This document shows positions 1-11,512 of a stretch of DNA of 41,397 bases, piece after piece. Origin of the DNA: Octopus bimaculoides (Eukaryota); contig NC_068991.1 of NCBI RefSeq assembly GCF_001194135.2, forward strand, positions 55,042,421 through 55,083,817, in the 5' to 3' direction. Within the stretch, counting starts at the first letter, position 1; every line of letters starts with the position of its first letter. The translations under genes and the position numbers were made by a program. The notes under the pieces are model-generated. The model ran no database searches, was not told where the DNA came from, and saw only the letters and a program-made list of their open reading frames with translations.

Positions 1-270
1 CCCCACTCAGTGGTGTTTCGGAGCAAGTCGTCCATATTTGTTTCATTTTTCTCTATTATGTGCTTATGCGCATCCTTAGATTTCTAATGAAGTAATAGGC
101 AGTGAAGAGAAGCAGTCATAAGAAAACTTTTAACTACCTCTATTCCTTTCTCCCCCCTCTCTACCTCTTCCTCTCTCGCTCTCTCAAATGCATACACGTG
201 CAAGTACACATTCATTCAGTAAAATATAACCCATGTTCGTCAATGTTTTGTAAATATACCACGATTTTCA

Positions 271-416
271 CTAGGGTGTTAGGGTCAGGGTTAGGGTTTA
301 GGGTTACGGTTACGGCTAGGGTTAGGATTAGTGTTATGGTTAAGGTTTTAGGGTTAGGATTTTAGGGTTAGGGTTTAGGGTTAGTGTTAAGGTTAGTGTT
401 AGGATTAGGGTTGGGT
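271..416 (+). repeat. Degenerate interstitial telomere-like (TTAGGG) array
   Basis: Run of TTAGGG mixed with TTTAGGG, TTACGG, TTAGGA, TTAGTG and TTAAGG variants. Confidence 0.85.
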
Positions 417-1300
417 AATCGTGCGGGTGTTAATCTGAAAAATTACAGATATGTGAAAAGTACCGACACTGCCATCTATTATAACTTTTGTTGCTCTGTT
501 TAATATATACATAGATTAAGCATCCAAAGAAGAGAGTTTGCTGGGGAAAGACAGCAACTGGTTTAAAATGACAGCAACAGACTGCAGTAATGCACCACAT
601 TCCAGAAGCTATTTTGAACATAATGCAAAATGGTGCATCAACATCTTCTGCCCAATCTGATAGAATTCTGGCAAAACAGTGTAGCAACAGATCGCCAGCA
701 ATTGCTTCATCAGAAATTGCCGTCCTAGCTCCTGCTAAAAGGGATTACCCTGCTATGTATAATCAGGGCAGCGCAAAAAGTTGTTTTGCACAAGCATTTC
801 TATAGCCAATTACACGGATGAAATTTACGTATGCTTAATAATTTTACGCAAAACAGCCTTCAGACTTTCCCTATTAATTTCATCGTCTTTTGAATTATNN
901 NNNNNNNNNNNNNNNNNNNNNNNNNNNNNNNNNNNNNNNNNNNNNNNNNNNNNNNNNNNNNNNNNNNNNNNNNACAAGGTCAGGTTATATTGCTAGTATT
1001 GTATAAAAGGTTGTTACATAAAAAGAATATTTATACATAAACTTGATTGGTTCATGTTTTAGCCACTGCTGAGTAGTGTGTTTAATTTGTTCACTGAACA
1101 CTGCCCCGAATTTCCCCCTTGATTTTCAAAAAAACCTCTAAATCACAAAATAAGGGGAGAAAATCTGCCCTATTTTTCAAATCCTGGCAGCAACACTGAA
1201 GCTGGAAGCAAGATAATAATCTAGTTGAACACTTTATCACATTCAAGAATATAAACACATTTTTAAGCACAACACACATGGAGGCAAAAAGAATCATTAC

Positions 1301-1407
1301 CTTTCACTGGCATTGTGTGAACGATAGTGCTCTCTTTCCCTAATGTGAAGCTTCCTATCTCAGGCATGTGATCATGTGCACAACAGCAAAACACCACGTC
1401 GCTGGAA
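1301..1407 (-). CDS. Candidate host-gene exon (unrecognised product)
   Basis: Acceptor cttcacag (alternative ttccag gives start 1401), strong donor AAG|GTAATG; one open frame SSDVVFCCCAHDHMPEIGSFTLGKESTIVHTMPVK. No homolog recognised. Confidence 0.25.
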
Positions 1408-1961
1408 CTGTGAAGCACACAGTTCTATACAAGGGTTTTTGTATTTTTTTTCCTAAACTAGGGGATGGCTACTGACATTAAGCTTAAGGATTATATAATG
1501 TTTAAGTATAAAGGAAGAATTAAAGAAAAAAAGGACCCATTATATTGAATGTTACCGATAATATTAAGTGGAAATAAGGAGTGCTGCAGTTCTGAAGTGC
1601 CTATACATGAGCTGCCACTGATATATAGGAAGAGGGGCTCCAAAAGGGGTCTCAGGGAGTAGCTTCCCTGCCTTCCTGAGATAGTCTTATGCCACATTTC
1701 TTAAAAATCGTGGTAGAGGCCTTGGTCTCGGGACCACTCATGTCTAGAAACTGAAGTTGGGGGTAAGCAAGAGCATGCTCCCCATAGAAAATCCAGCTCT
1801 GAGAAAGCCTCATGACAGCACAGGAGAATGAGCACTAGCCAGCCCAAAGGTTGGGGTGGACTGCACCTGCCTACCTCAAAAAGGAAAGTGCAAACTCTTG
1901 TCCTGGGTTGCACAAACATGACTTGCCTTATGATGGCCAACGCCCCGAGGAGAAGCTTGGG

Positions 1962-2470
1962 GTGAGGTTGGGAAGTTGGAATGTGGGCAGACTGTGTGGA
2001 AGGCGAACTGAGGTGTGTGAGAAATTGAAGAAGAGGAGAGTGGATGTGTATTGTGTGCAGGAGACTAGGTGAAGAGGCCAGGGTGCAAGATTTGTTGGTG
2101 TCAAGGGAAGAAGGTACAAGTTGTGGTGATTAGGAAATAGCAAGGGGACCGAAGGTGTGGAAGTTTTGGTGAAGGAAGAAATCTGTGAGAAAGCGGTGGA
2201 GGTCAGGAGAAAGAGTGACAGAGTGATGACAATAGTGTTAGCATTTGAGGGAGAAGTGGAGAGGGTGATTTGTGGGTATGGTCCACAAAGTGGAAGAGGG
2301 ATTGCTGAGAAAGAGCAGTTCTATGATGAAATGGCAAATAAGTGAAACTTACATAAGGTAGATGAACTGGTTTTGGGTATGGGTGATTTTAATGGACATG
2401 TTGGGAAATGGATCCAGGGCTTTGAGGTTGTGCATGAGGGAAATGGAATTGGGGAGAGAAATGTGGAAAC
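1962..2470 (+). mobile_element. RTE-clade LINE endonuclease (APE) fragment, decayed; probable 5' leader from about 1600
   Basis: RLGSWNVG..., YCVQETR, ICGYGPQSG, MGDFNGHVG are APE endonuclease motifs of RTE elements; internal stops present. Confidence 0.9.
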
Positions 2471-3637
2471 CAGTCATTTCTCCAAATACAATGTTTATAT
2501 ACTCAAAATTTTATAACATTTTTCTGACATAACGATTTAAATACTTTAAATACTTTAACCATGTAACACAAGCCTTCTGTAGTTTTTTCACTCTTGTTTA
2601 TCTTTTATACATCCAACCACGTGCTTTCACATACCTACTTTCTCACCTATATATATATANNNNNNNNNNNNNNNNNNNNNNNNNNNNNNNNNNNNNNNNN
2701 NNNNNNNNNNNNNNNNNNNNNNNNNNNNNNNNNNNNNNNNNNNNNNNNNNNNNNNNNNNNNNNNNNNNNNNNNNNNNNNNNNNNNNNNNNNNNNNNNNNN
2801 NNNNNNNNNNNNNNNNNNNNNNNNNNNNNNNNNNNNNNNNNNNNNNNNNNNNNNNNNNNNNNNNNNNNNNNNNNNNNNNNNNNNNNNNNNNNNNNNNNNN
2901 NNNNNNNNNNNNNNNNNNNNNNNNNNNNNNNNNNNNNNNNNNNNNNNNNNNNNNNNNNNNNNNNNNNNNNNNNNNNNNNNNNNNNNNNNNNNNNNNNNNN
3001 NNNNNNNNNNNNNNNNNNNNNNNNNNNNNNNNNNNNNNNNNNNNNNNNNNNNNNNNNNNNNNNNNNNNNNNNNNNNNNNNNNNNNNNNNNNNNNNNNNNN
3101 NNNNNNNNNNNNNNNNNNNNNNNNNNNNNNNNNNNNNNNNNNNNNNNNNNNNNNNNNNNNNNNNNNNNNNNNNNNNNNNNNNNNNNNNNNNNNNNNNNNN
3201 NNNNNNNNNNNNNNNNNNNNNNNNNNNNNNNNNNNNNNNNNNNNNNNNNNNNNNNNNNNNNNNNNNNNNNNNNNNNNNNNNNNNNNNNNNNNNNNNNNNN
3301 NNNNNNNNNNNNNNNNNNNNNNNNNNNNNNNNNNNNNNNNNNNNNNNNNNNNNNNNNNNNNNNNNNNNNNNNNNNNNNNNNNNNNNNNNNNNNNNNNNNN
3401 NNNNNNNNNNNNNNNNNNNNNNNNNNNNNNNNNNNNNNNNNNNNNNNNNNNNNNNNNNNNNNNNNNNNNNNNNNNNNNNNNNNNNNNNNNNNNNNNNNNN
3501 NNNNNNNNNNNNNNNNNNNNNNNNNNNNNNNNNNNNNNNNNNNNNNNNNNNNNNNNNNNNNNNNNNNNNNNNNNNNNNNNNNNNNNNNNNNNNNNNNNNN
3601 NNNNNNNNNNNNNNNNNNNNNNNNNNNNNNNNNNNNN

Positions 3638-3989
3638 TTGACTGCAGCCATGCTGGAGCACCGCCTTTAGTCGAGCAAATCGACCCCAGGACTTATTCTT
3701 TGTAAACCTACTTCTTATTCTATCAGTCTCTTTTGCCGAACCACTAAGTTATGGGGACGTAAACACACCAGCATCGGTTGTCAAGCGATGTTGGGGGGAT
3801 AAACACAGACACACACACACACATATACGACGGGCTTCTTTCAGTTTCCGTCTACCAAATCCACTCACAAGACTTTGGTCGGCCCAAGGCTATAGTAGAA
3901 GACACTTGCCCAAGGTGCCATGCAGTGGGACTGAACCCGGAACCATGTGGTTGGTAAGCAAGCTACTTACCACACAGCCACTCCTGCGC
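3638..3989 (-). mobile_element. tRNA-derived SINE, type A (octopus OK/OR-like; exact family name not assigned)
   Basis: Minus-strand head GCAGGAGTGGCTGTGTGGTAAG...GGTTCAGTCCC (A/B-box-like), internal (TG/TA) microsatellite, 3' half ending CCAGCATGGCTGCAGTCAA; many related copies in the window. Confidence 0.9.
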
Positions 3990-4332
3990 TTAAAAAAATA
4001 CATATATATTCCTTTAATTTTTCCTTTACTTTCTACCATGCTGTCTCTACTCTTAACCATTCTATCCTATAATCTAACAACATATACATTTCTTCATTTA
4101 TTTACACTGTTCAACTTTATTTTTAAAAAATCATTGGATGTAATTCTTTCATATTTTTTTTTTTGTTTTTCATTTGAATAGAATAATCCAGTGGATGCAC
4201 AAGCTTATTCAGTTTTGGCATATTTTATGGCGACCAAGACCATATCCACTTTTCCTGGAATTCTTTTTTTCTTCTGTTTTCCTTTTCTGGTTACTGATTT
4301 CATCATAACTAAAGGAGGCTATAAATAAGTCA

Positions 4333-4433
4333 TACTACTACTACTACTACTAACCACCACCACCACCATTGCCGCCGTCACCACCACCACCACCACCACT
4401 ACAAGTTTCTAGTTTCACCCTAACCCTAACCCT
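4333..4433 (+). repeat. Compound (ACT)n/(ACC)n trinucleotide repeat followed by short (CCCTAA)n
   Basis: Seen directly in the sequence. Confidence 0.9.
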
Positions 4434-4706
4434 ATCACATATACACAGAACATGCACACTCAAGTTTCTGGCTTGTTACTGCCTGTTATTGGCACATAAC
4501 GTTAATATATAGGGCAAACACTTCAGTTTCCATCTCACACGACTACTTCTTCTCTCTTCGTGGTATTAGACGAACTGTGCAATGGTAAAAGAAGTGATGG
4601 TAGGTGTCTTATAAAGTAGGGCAGGAACTATTACATATATGTTTAGTCAGTTCATGCTGTCTTGCCATTGCACAATATCTCTGCTTTAAATCATTCTATC
4701 ACTTAC

Positions 4707-4743
4707 TTCCATTTGATAATGCACAGAGTACCTAAACATGCAT
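4707..4743 (-). CDS. Candidate 37-nt host-gene exon
   Basis: Acceptor aatgttgcag, donor GAA|GTAAGT; frame ACLGTLCIIKW is phase-compatible with the flanking candidates. Could be chance. Confidence 0.18.
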
Positions 4744-5066
4744 CTGCAACATTTAAAGCAATTGCTTATGCAAGCTGGTAATTGGACGTAAGGTTGTTTT
4801 TATAACTTCAATAAAAGGGGTGTATCTGATATGTTACGAAACACATCATAAAGTTTAAAAATAGTTCTAACAATTCTCACTCCCATTTTTTTCAGTATTA
4901 TTACATTTCCTCTTCTCATTACATTTATTTTCTATTACTATTTTCTTTTTGTACTCATTCCACTTCAAGTCTCTTTCTCTCTCATTTTTTGCACCCACGT
5001 TTGTTTGTCTTCCCCCATTCTTTCACTGTGTTGTGTGATCTGAATGAAAGAATGAATAATTAATTA

Positions 5067-5265
5067 GGTGCAGACAAAGCTGTGTTGTAAGAAGTTTACT
5101 TCCCAACAACATAGTTCCATGTTCAATCCCACTGCATGGCACTTTGAGCAAGTGTCTTTTGCTATAGAGCTAGGCCAACCAAAGCATTATGAGTGGATTT
5201 GGGAGATGGAAACTGAAAGAAGCCTGTCATATGTGTGTGTGTGTGTGTGTGTGTATGCATATATG

Positions 5266-5304
<39 letters not shown>

Positions 5305-5665
5305 TTTTATTCTTTTACTTGTTTCAGTCATTTGACTGACCATGCTGGAGCACCACCTTTAGTCAAAGAAATTAACCTCAGGAATTATTCTTTGTAAGCT
5401 TAGTACTTATTCTATTGGGCTCTTTTGCCAAACTGCTCAGTTATGGGGTGTGTGTCTTTGTGTCTATGCTTGTCACCCACCACCGCTTGACAATCAGTGT
5501 TGGTTTGTTTACGTCTCTATAACTTAACGTTTCAGCAAAAGAGACCAATAGAACAAGTACAAGGTTTAGATAAAAGTACTGGAGTCAATTCATTCAATTA
5601 AAAATATTTTTCAAGGCCATTCCCCAGCATGGCTACAGTGTAATGACTGAAACAAGAAAAAAAAT
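5067..5665 (+). mobile_element. SINE type A (head 5067-5300, 3' half 5449-5665) with an antisense type A 3' half inserted at 5301-5448
   Basis: Diverged head and 3' half on + strand separated by a reverse-complement copy of the same 3' half next to the internal (TA)n. Confidence 0.8.
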
Positions 5666-5710
5666 TAACTAAATAAATAAATAAGTATGTACATATGTGT
5701 GTGCATGCCT

Positions 5711-5713
<3 letters not shown>

Positions 5714-5779
<66 letters not shown>
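5714..5779 (+). repeat. (CA)n microsatellite, about 32 units
   Basis: Seen directly in the sequence. Confidence 0.95.
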
Positions 5780-5780
<1 letters not shown>

Positions 5781-5849
5781 TCCACAGGAAAATTCTCACA
5801 ATTCCTCTTTAAAAAAGTCCTTGTACACAGGTTGTTAAATGTATTTTTC

Positions 5850-6710
5850 CAAGACCTCTGCCAAATAAATGATGTGATAAGAGAGAAGCAAGCAGGGGAA
5901 AGAAAGAAGTCTGGGGTTGAGCTAGACAACTCCTCATCAACAAAGCTGTCTTTAAGGAAACTAAGCAACATTACCATAATCTCTTAACAATATGGCTAAA
6001 TTATATGAAGGTATTTGATCCTGTCCCTCACTCATCAATGCTAGAATCACCACACCTACTAAATACCTGATTAACAAAAGAGACATAGATAACACCCAAC
6101 CTCTATGTTATGATAGAAAATGTCAGTTATGCTATACCAGTGTAGATGATATCACTCACATCAGCAGCAGCTGCTCCAAAATGTCTATGAGATACTACCT
6201 ACCCTTGAGAAATTATATAGTTACAAAAACTATTTACAATTCTGTCTGAAAGAAGGACTGCCTGGATAGATACATGAAAGGAATGCCAGAATCAGAATGT
6301 ATTTACACCTGTAAAAACAAGGAAAGCAAATGGAATATTCCAATAAAACCAGCAATTAATTGCAAACACAACAGACCTGATATTGTTTTGAAGGACAAAG
6401 AATGAAATTCATGTAACTTTGTAGAGGTCAGCTGTCCAGTGGATGTGAATGTACCATCAAAAGTTCAGGGAAAATAGAGAACTTTTATGGCCAACTATTG
6501 TGAAATACACTGCTCTTGTACCCTGACTATAAATTTTCATTTGCATCTATCATCATAAGAGCATGAGGCTATGTAATTACAGAATTGCACAAAAATCGGA
6601 AAATGCTAGGATTTAAAAAAAGAGCAAAGAAACTGATGTGCATCCTCCTAATCCAATCTATATGTGGTTCAGTGAAAATTTGTCAAATATTCCAAAGACT
6701 CTCCAAATGA
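5850..6710 (+). mobile_element. Dong/R4-type non-LTR retrotransposon relic (RT fragment joined to zinc-knuckle and restriction-like endonuclease)
   Basis: QLLINKAV...IWLNYMKVFDPVPHSSMLE (RT), DDITHISSSCSKMSMRYYLPLR (CCHC-like), KHNRPDIVLKDK...VEVSCPVD (RLE); stops, frameshifts and a large internal deletion. Confidence 0.8.
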
Positions 6711-7149
6711 GATTCTTTAAATGAACACTTGCATACACTTGGTTGTGTGCATGTACAGAGACACACAAGTAAAAAGTAATGATGCATGTGCACGTGTGTG
6801 TGCACGCACACGTGCACACATGCATAAACACTTAAGTACTAAAGTGGCAATGTCACATAGAACCTAAGTGCATGTATATACACCTACATCTATGCACAAA
6901 CTAACTCAACTACACAATTACAAATCCTGGGAACCATCCAAATTCAAAAAGTCCTATCATTTTGTTAGCAACTTGCTTGAACCCCAATAAAAAGTTGGAG
7001 TTCAAACCAGTTGCTATGTATGTATGAAAGAGAAATGAGTACATCATATGTGTATTCAACATTGAAAATGAGATTAGGTGAAAAATTCCTGAATAGGTAC
7101 CCTAAGAGTACAGCTGTTCTCTATGAATCTTAGAAGAGAATACTCATTA

Positions 7150-8670
7150 TAGTTGCTTGGGTACATATTTCACTGGCCAGAAAATACCAACAACATTGAC
7201 AAGAATTGTGGCCTTTCTTGGAACTGTGACAGATGCATCAAATATTACCACAAAGCTATGCTTTTGCTCATCAGGGACAAGAGTAGCTCCCAAATACCTG
7301 ACTAAGAGGAGAGCTAAGAATGTACACACACAAGATATACTTTGTTGTGGAAATCAGCTGCCCTCTGAATGCTAGTGTGGTCAAATAAATACAGAAGAAA
7401 GCAGACATCTATGGACCACTGGTAAGGAGGTTGTCATTCTAGCCCCCAAAATACACTTTCAGCTTCATACCTATTACACTAGTTTACAAAGATTTTTTTT
7501 GCTCTGAGGCAAGGATGTGAATAGGTACTTTTTTTTTTTACTAATTTTGATGTGATGAGTTCAGTTTTCTGAACAGTTTTGCTCTGTCACCTCTAGTTTT
7601 TTTTTTTTTGCCTTCACATATCCCATTTGGTGATCCTTATATCTGCCTTTACCAGGTTCCACTGTTTAAGCCAGGATGCCAGGAGCTCTGACTACTGCTT
7701 AGATAGATACAAATCACAGGCAATATCATTCAGGTTTTCCTGCATGATCCAGTGGGGCTCATTGCCACTTGCTCCTGAATAAACAGAGACATTGTCTTCA
7801 GAAGAGATCAACTTGGCAGAATCTTTCCCAGAAGGTATTTCTTCATTTGATGAAGGAAGAAGATCCTTATTTTCTGGGGGTGTAGGGACAGAGAAATTAT
7901 CTGAGTGGGGAACAGGTCTCATAGTTGAGGGAAGGTTGGGATATTTGATCTTTTTTTTAGAAGAACCTGTTATATTTGTTAGACAGAAATAACAATCATC
8001 TGCATGGTTTCATGGCTCTCCACAGACTATCAGGACTGCAAGGTTGAGGGCTGCTTCCTTGCCATTAAACCATGCAGCTAGTCCATTGTAGCAGGGTTTA
8101 CAACAGATTTGTGGGGCCCAGGATTTGTTCTGATCTCCAATTTTACAGTCAAAATAATGAAAGTAAGCTGTTCTCAGGAGGGAAGTAATTGTTTGGCGCT
8201 GTGCAACTGTCGTGAAATCCCCATACCTGTGAAATCCTGACAATTTGCCTTGTTGATGCATCCTCGGTGTTTTGAAGTGCCTAAAGTCATTGTAGATATA
8301 TGTCATATATGTATTACAAAAATCTGGAAAACAAAATAAAAATTGATCATATATATATGGTTACATGAATTGTCGCAAAAATCATTATATATATTTCAAA
8401 AACTAGAGGTGATGAGTGAAAACTAGTTTTGTATCTGAAATCAGCACCCTAAAATTAGGCTAGAACAACTATTTTTATGCTTGCCTCAATTTCTCTGTAA
8501 AACAGTGTCATTAGTGGAGTAACAGGATATGCACTAACCTGTCTGGAAGAAAATATGGCTGAACTTAGGTTCTTGGAGAGAGAATGTAACTCCTTAATTC
8601 ATACATTACGAATGATCATGATATCTATGACAATAAAAATCTGCAAGACCATCTTAAGATTTAAAGGATA
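7150..8670 (+). mobile_element. Second Dong/R4-type RLE fragment, split by the transposon at 7477-8507
   Basis: VVEISCPLNASVVK...DIYGPLVRRL before the insertion; removing 7477-8507 plus one TSD restores FSFIPIISGVTGYALTCLEENM...TIKICKTILRFKG*. Confidence 0.75.
7477..8507 (-). mobile_element. Internally deleted Chapaev3-like (CMC superfamily) DNA transposon
   Basis: Diverged TIRs of about 120 bp (CACTAGTTTACA... / ...TGTAAAACAGTG), 3-bp flanks TTA/TCA, transposase pieces AYFHYFDCKIGDQNKSWAPQICCKPC...W (8010-8306) and RPVPHSDNFSVP (7692-7922). Confidence 0.75.
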
Positions 8671-8774
8671 ATGAACAAAACATGATGCTTTCCTTAACAA
8701 CCTTGCTATCAAGCAGCCCACTAGTAAAAGTTAGCTCTATATTAAAAAGAGAAAAAGAAAACATGCATACATAC

Positions 8775-8835
8775 CTGTTGTCAAAAATATGAGAATCTTT
8801 CCAAAAGTTTGGCATATAAGTTCATATGCAAATGT
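8775..8835 (-). CDS. Candidate 61-nt host-gene exon
   Basis: Acceptor gcatgtctag, strong donor CAG|GTATGT; one open frame TFAYELICQTFGKILIFLTT. No homolog recognised. Confidence 0.22.
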
Positions 8836-8909
8836 CTAGACATGCAACTATATGAGTATACACACATATGATGAAACATACAGATCTGCACATGCACTGC
8901 CTCCAAATA

Positions 8910-9270
8910 TGAGGTAGTATCTAAAAGTTCCAGGACCAGTTATGCTTAATAAGAAATAACTTATTTACCTAAGTGTTAACATCATCTCCTTCGGAATAGT
9001 CATCTGGCACAGCAATACACTGGTCACAGTGCTCCGGCCACTTTTGAAATCTGGCCTGGAAATCATTTTCTATAAGTGAGTCGAGGACCTTCTGTGATTC
9101 ATTCTTGGTCTTAACAACAGTGTTAAAACAGTGACCTTTGAGCTGCATTTTCATCTCGGGGAAGAGATGGAAGTTAGCAGATGCTAAATCTAGTGAATAG
9201 GGCAAGTGCAGAAGTGATACCATGTTGCTTTTGGCAAGAAACTCATGAGTTAGGAAAGTTCAGTAACAGT
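8910..9270 (-). mobile_element. Mariner transposon 3' fragment
   Basis: ORF 8969-9223 HLPYSLDLASANFHLFPEMK...FQKWPEHCDQCIAV...YSEGD (YSPDL-type motif and mariner C-terminus); TIR-like end TA-TGAGGTAGTATCTAAAAGTTCC. Confidence 0.88.
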
Positions 9271-9274
9271 GCAT

Positions 9275-10100
9275 TGTGAAGAATCCATTGATTTTGCTGG
9301 CCCTACAAATGGTAAATATTTTCTATTACTTGTAGATGCTTTTTCGAGGTGGCTCAAAATTTTCATGATGAATGATATTTCAATTTCATCCATGATTCAC
9401 AAGTGAAAGCAAGTATTCAGTCAATTTGGTCTACCAGAAACCCTATTATCAAACGATGGACCTCAGTTTTCACCATCAAGTTTTAATTAATTTTGCAAAA
9501 CCAACGCCATAAGGCATATTTTTGCATGTCTCTACCATTCGTGGTTGAATGGATAGGCATAAAGATTCAGTGATACCTTTAAAAGAGCACGTTTTAAATT
9601 AAAATGGAAGGAAAACATCACAGAAGGAATACCAAGATTTTTACTTACTTATCAAAGTACTCCTAACCCCTGAACGTGTAGAACTTATGTTTGGAAGAAA
9701 AATCTAAACAATTATGGAGTATATTTTGCCATATAGTTGTAGAAATAAAGCAAAATGTGAGAGAGTTTCATCTTGGACAGACAGTATGGGTGTAGTAATT
9801 TAAAAAGGTAAGTTTAGTGTGGTCACCTTCTAGTATAGTTAAAAAAGCAATGTGGAAAAGTTATTTATCAAATTCAAGTGGATAATCAAATCTGGACAAG
9901 ACATGTCAATCAACAAAGAGAGAGATAATTCCAAATGATAGAGACTGAAGAAGTGAGATACCCCTGAATGTTCAGCTAGAAGAATTCAATTTACCTTCAT
10001 CACAAGAATATACACAAAAGAATGATTTCCTGAACCAAATTCAACAAAGTTCTACTTGAGTGCACCAGGAGACAAACAGGATAATTTTGGATCCACACAA
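9275..10100 (+). mobile_element. Gypsy/Ty3 LTR retrotransposon integrase relic
   Basis: IDFAGPTNGKYFLLLVDAFSRW...FGLPETLLSNDGPQF...TFKRA...LTYQSTPNP is a Gypsy integrase core; multiple stops. Confidence 0.88.
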
Positions 10101-10326
10101 AGTTTTATGGCAGTGGAACTCAATTTTTTGTCATGAGAGATGGGAGAGATATGACAACCAATAGTCTTTTGGCATGTGAATGTTTTAGTGTGTGAATGTG
10201 AGGTTCAGCCTGATGTGTTCATGAAAAGTGAATCTCTCTTTCATTTGTGCATTTCTCACTCAGGTTTGTTGTCTAACAGACAGTTTTGTATACTAGGGGA
10301 TTGTTATACAATAACTCTTATACAAG

Positions 10327-10745
10327 GTGCAGGCATGGCAGTGTGGTAAGAAGCTTGTTCTTAACCACATAGTTCCAGATTCAATCCCACTAAGTGAAAC
10401 ATTGGGCAAGTGTCTTCTACTATAACCTCAAACCAAACAAAGCTTTGTGTGTGGATTTGGTAGACAAAAACTGGAAAGTGGCGAGCTGGCAGAAACGTTA
10501 CCATGCCGGGCAAAATGCTTAGCGGTATTTCGTCTGCCATTACATTCTGAGTTCAAATTCCAAAGAGGTCGACTTTGCTCTTCATCCTTTCAGGGTCAAT
10601 AAATTAAGTACCAGTTATGCACTGGGGTTGATGTAACTGACTTAATCCCTTTGTCTGTCCTTGTTTGTCCCCTCTATGTTTAGCCCCTTGTGAGCAATAA
10701 GAAATAAGAAACTGGAAGAAGCCTGCTGTATATATATATATATAT
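10327..10745 (+). mobile_element. SINE type A head interrupted by a SINE type B insertion
   Basis: Head GCAGGCATGGCAGTGTGGTAAG...; resumes at AAACTGGAAGAAGCC then (TA)n into the gap. Confidence 0.85.
10478..10708 (+). mobile_element. tRNA-derived SINE type B (tail 1) with 9-bp TSD
   Basis: Head GTGGCGAGCTGGCAGAAACG...GAGTTCAAATTCC, core TTTCATCCTTTCAGGGTCAATAAATTAAGTACCAG-like motif; TSD AAACTGGAA at 10468-10476 and 10709-10717. Confidence 0.88.
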
Positions 10746-11512
10746 NNNNNNNNNNNNNNNNNNNNNNNNNNNNNNNNNNNNNNNNNNNNNNNNNNNNNNN
10801 NNNNNNNNNNNNNNNNNNNNNNNNNNNNNNNNNNNNNNNNNNNNNNNNNNNNNNNNNNNNNNNNNNNNNNNNNNNNNNNNNNNNNNNNNNNNNNNNNNNN
10901 NNNNNNNNNNNNNNNNNNNNNNNNNNNNNNNNNNNNNNNNNNNNNNNNNNNNNNNNNNNNNNNNNNNNNNNNNNNNNNNNNNNNNNNNNNNNNNNNNNNN
11001 NNNNNNNNNNNNNNNNNNNNNNNNNNNNNNNNNNNNNNNNNNNNNNNNNNNNNNNNNNNNNNNNNNNNNNNNNNNNNNNNNNNNNNNNNNNNNNNNNNNN
11101 NNNNNNNNNNNNNNNNNNNNNNNNNNNNNNNNNNNNNNNNNNNNNNNNNNNNNNNNNNNNNNNNNNNNNNNNNNNNNNNNNNNNNNNNNNNNNNNNNNNN
11201 NNNNNNNNNNNNNNNNNNNNNNNNNNNNNNNNNNNNNNNNNNNNNNNNNNNNNNNNNNNNNNNNNNNNNNNNNNNNNNNNNNNNNNNNNNNNNNNNNNNN
11301 NNNNNNNNNNNNNNNNNNNNNNNNNNNNNNNNNNNNNNNNNNNNNNNNNNNNNNNNNNNNNNNNNNNNNNNNNNNNNNNNNNNNNNNNNNNNNNNNNNNN
11401 NNNNNNNNNNNNNNNNNNNNNNNNNNNNNNNNNNNNNNNNNNNNNNNNNNNNNNNNNNNNNNNNNNNNNNNNNNNNNNNNNNNNNNNNNNNNNNNNNNNN
11501 NNNNNNNNNNNN

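Noticed and set aside
1600-1960. HDV-like ribozyme in the RTE 5' leader
   Set aside because: Only simple hairpins were found (TCTCAGG/CCTGAGA; GGTC/GACC); I could not fit the nested double pseudoknot by eye.
10140-10325. Possible PPT and 3' LTR after the plus-strand Gypsy integrase
   Set aside because: The purine tract is followed by TATGAC rather than TG, and there is no second copy in the window to confirm an LTR.
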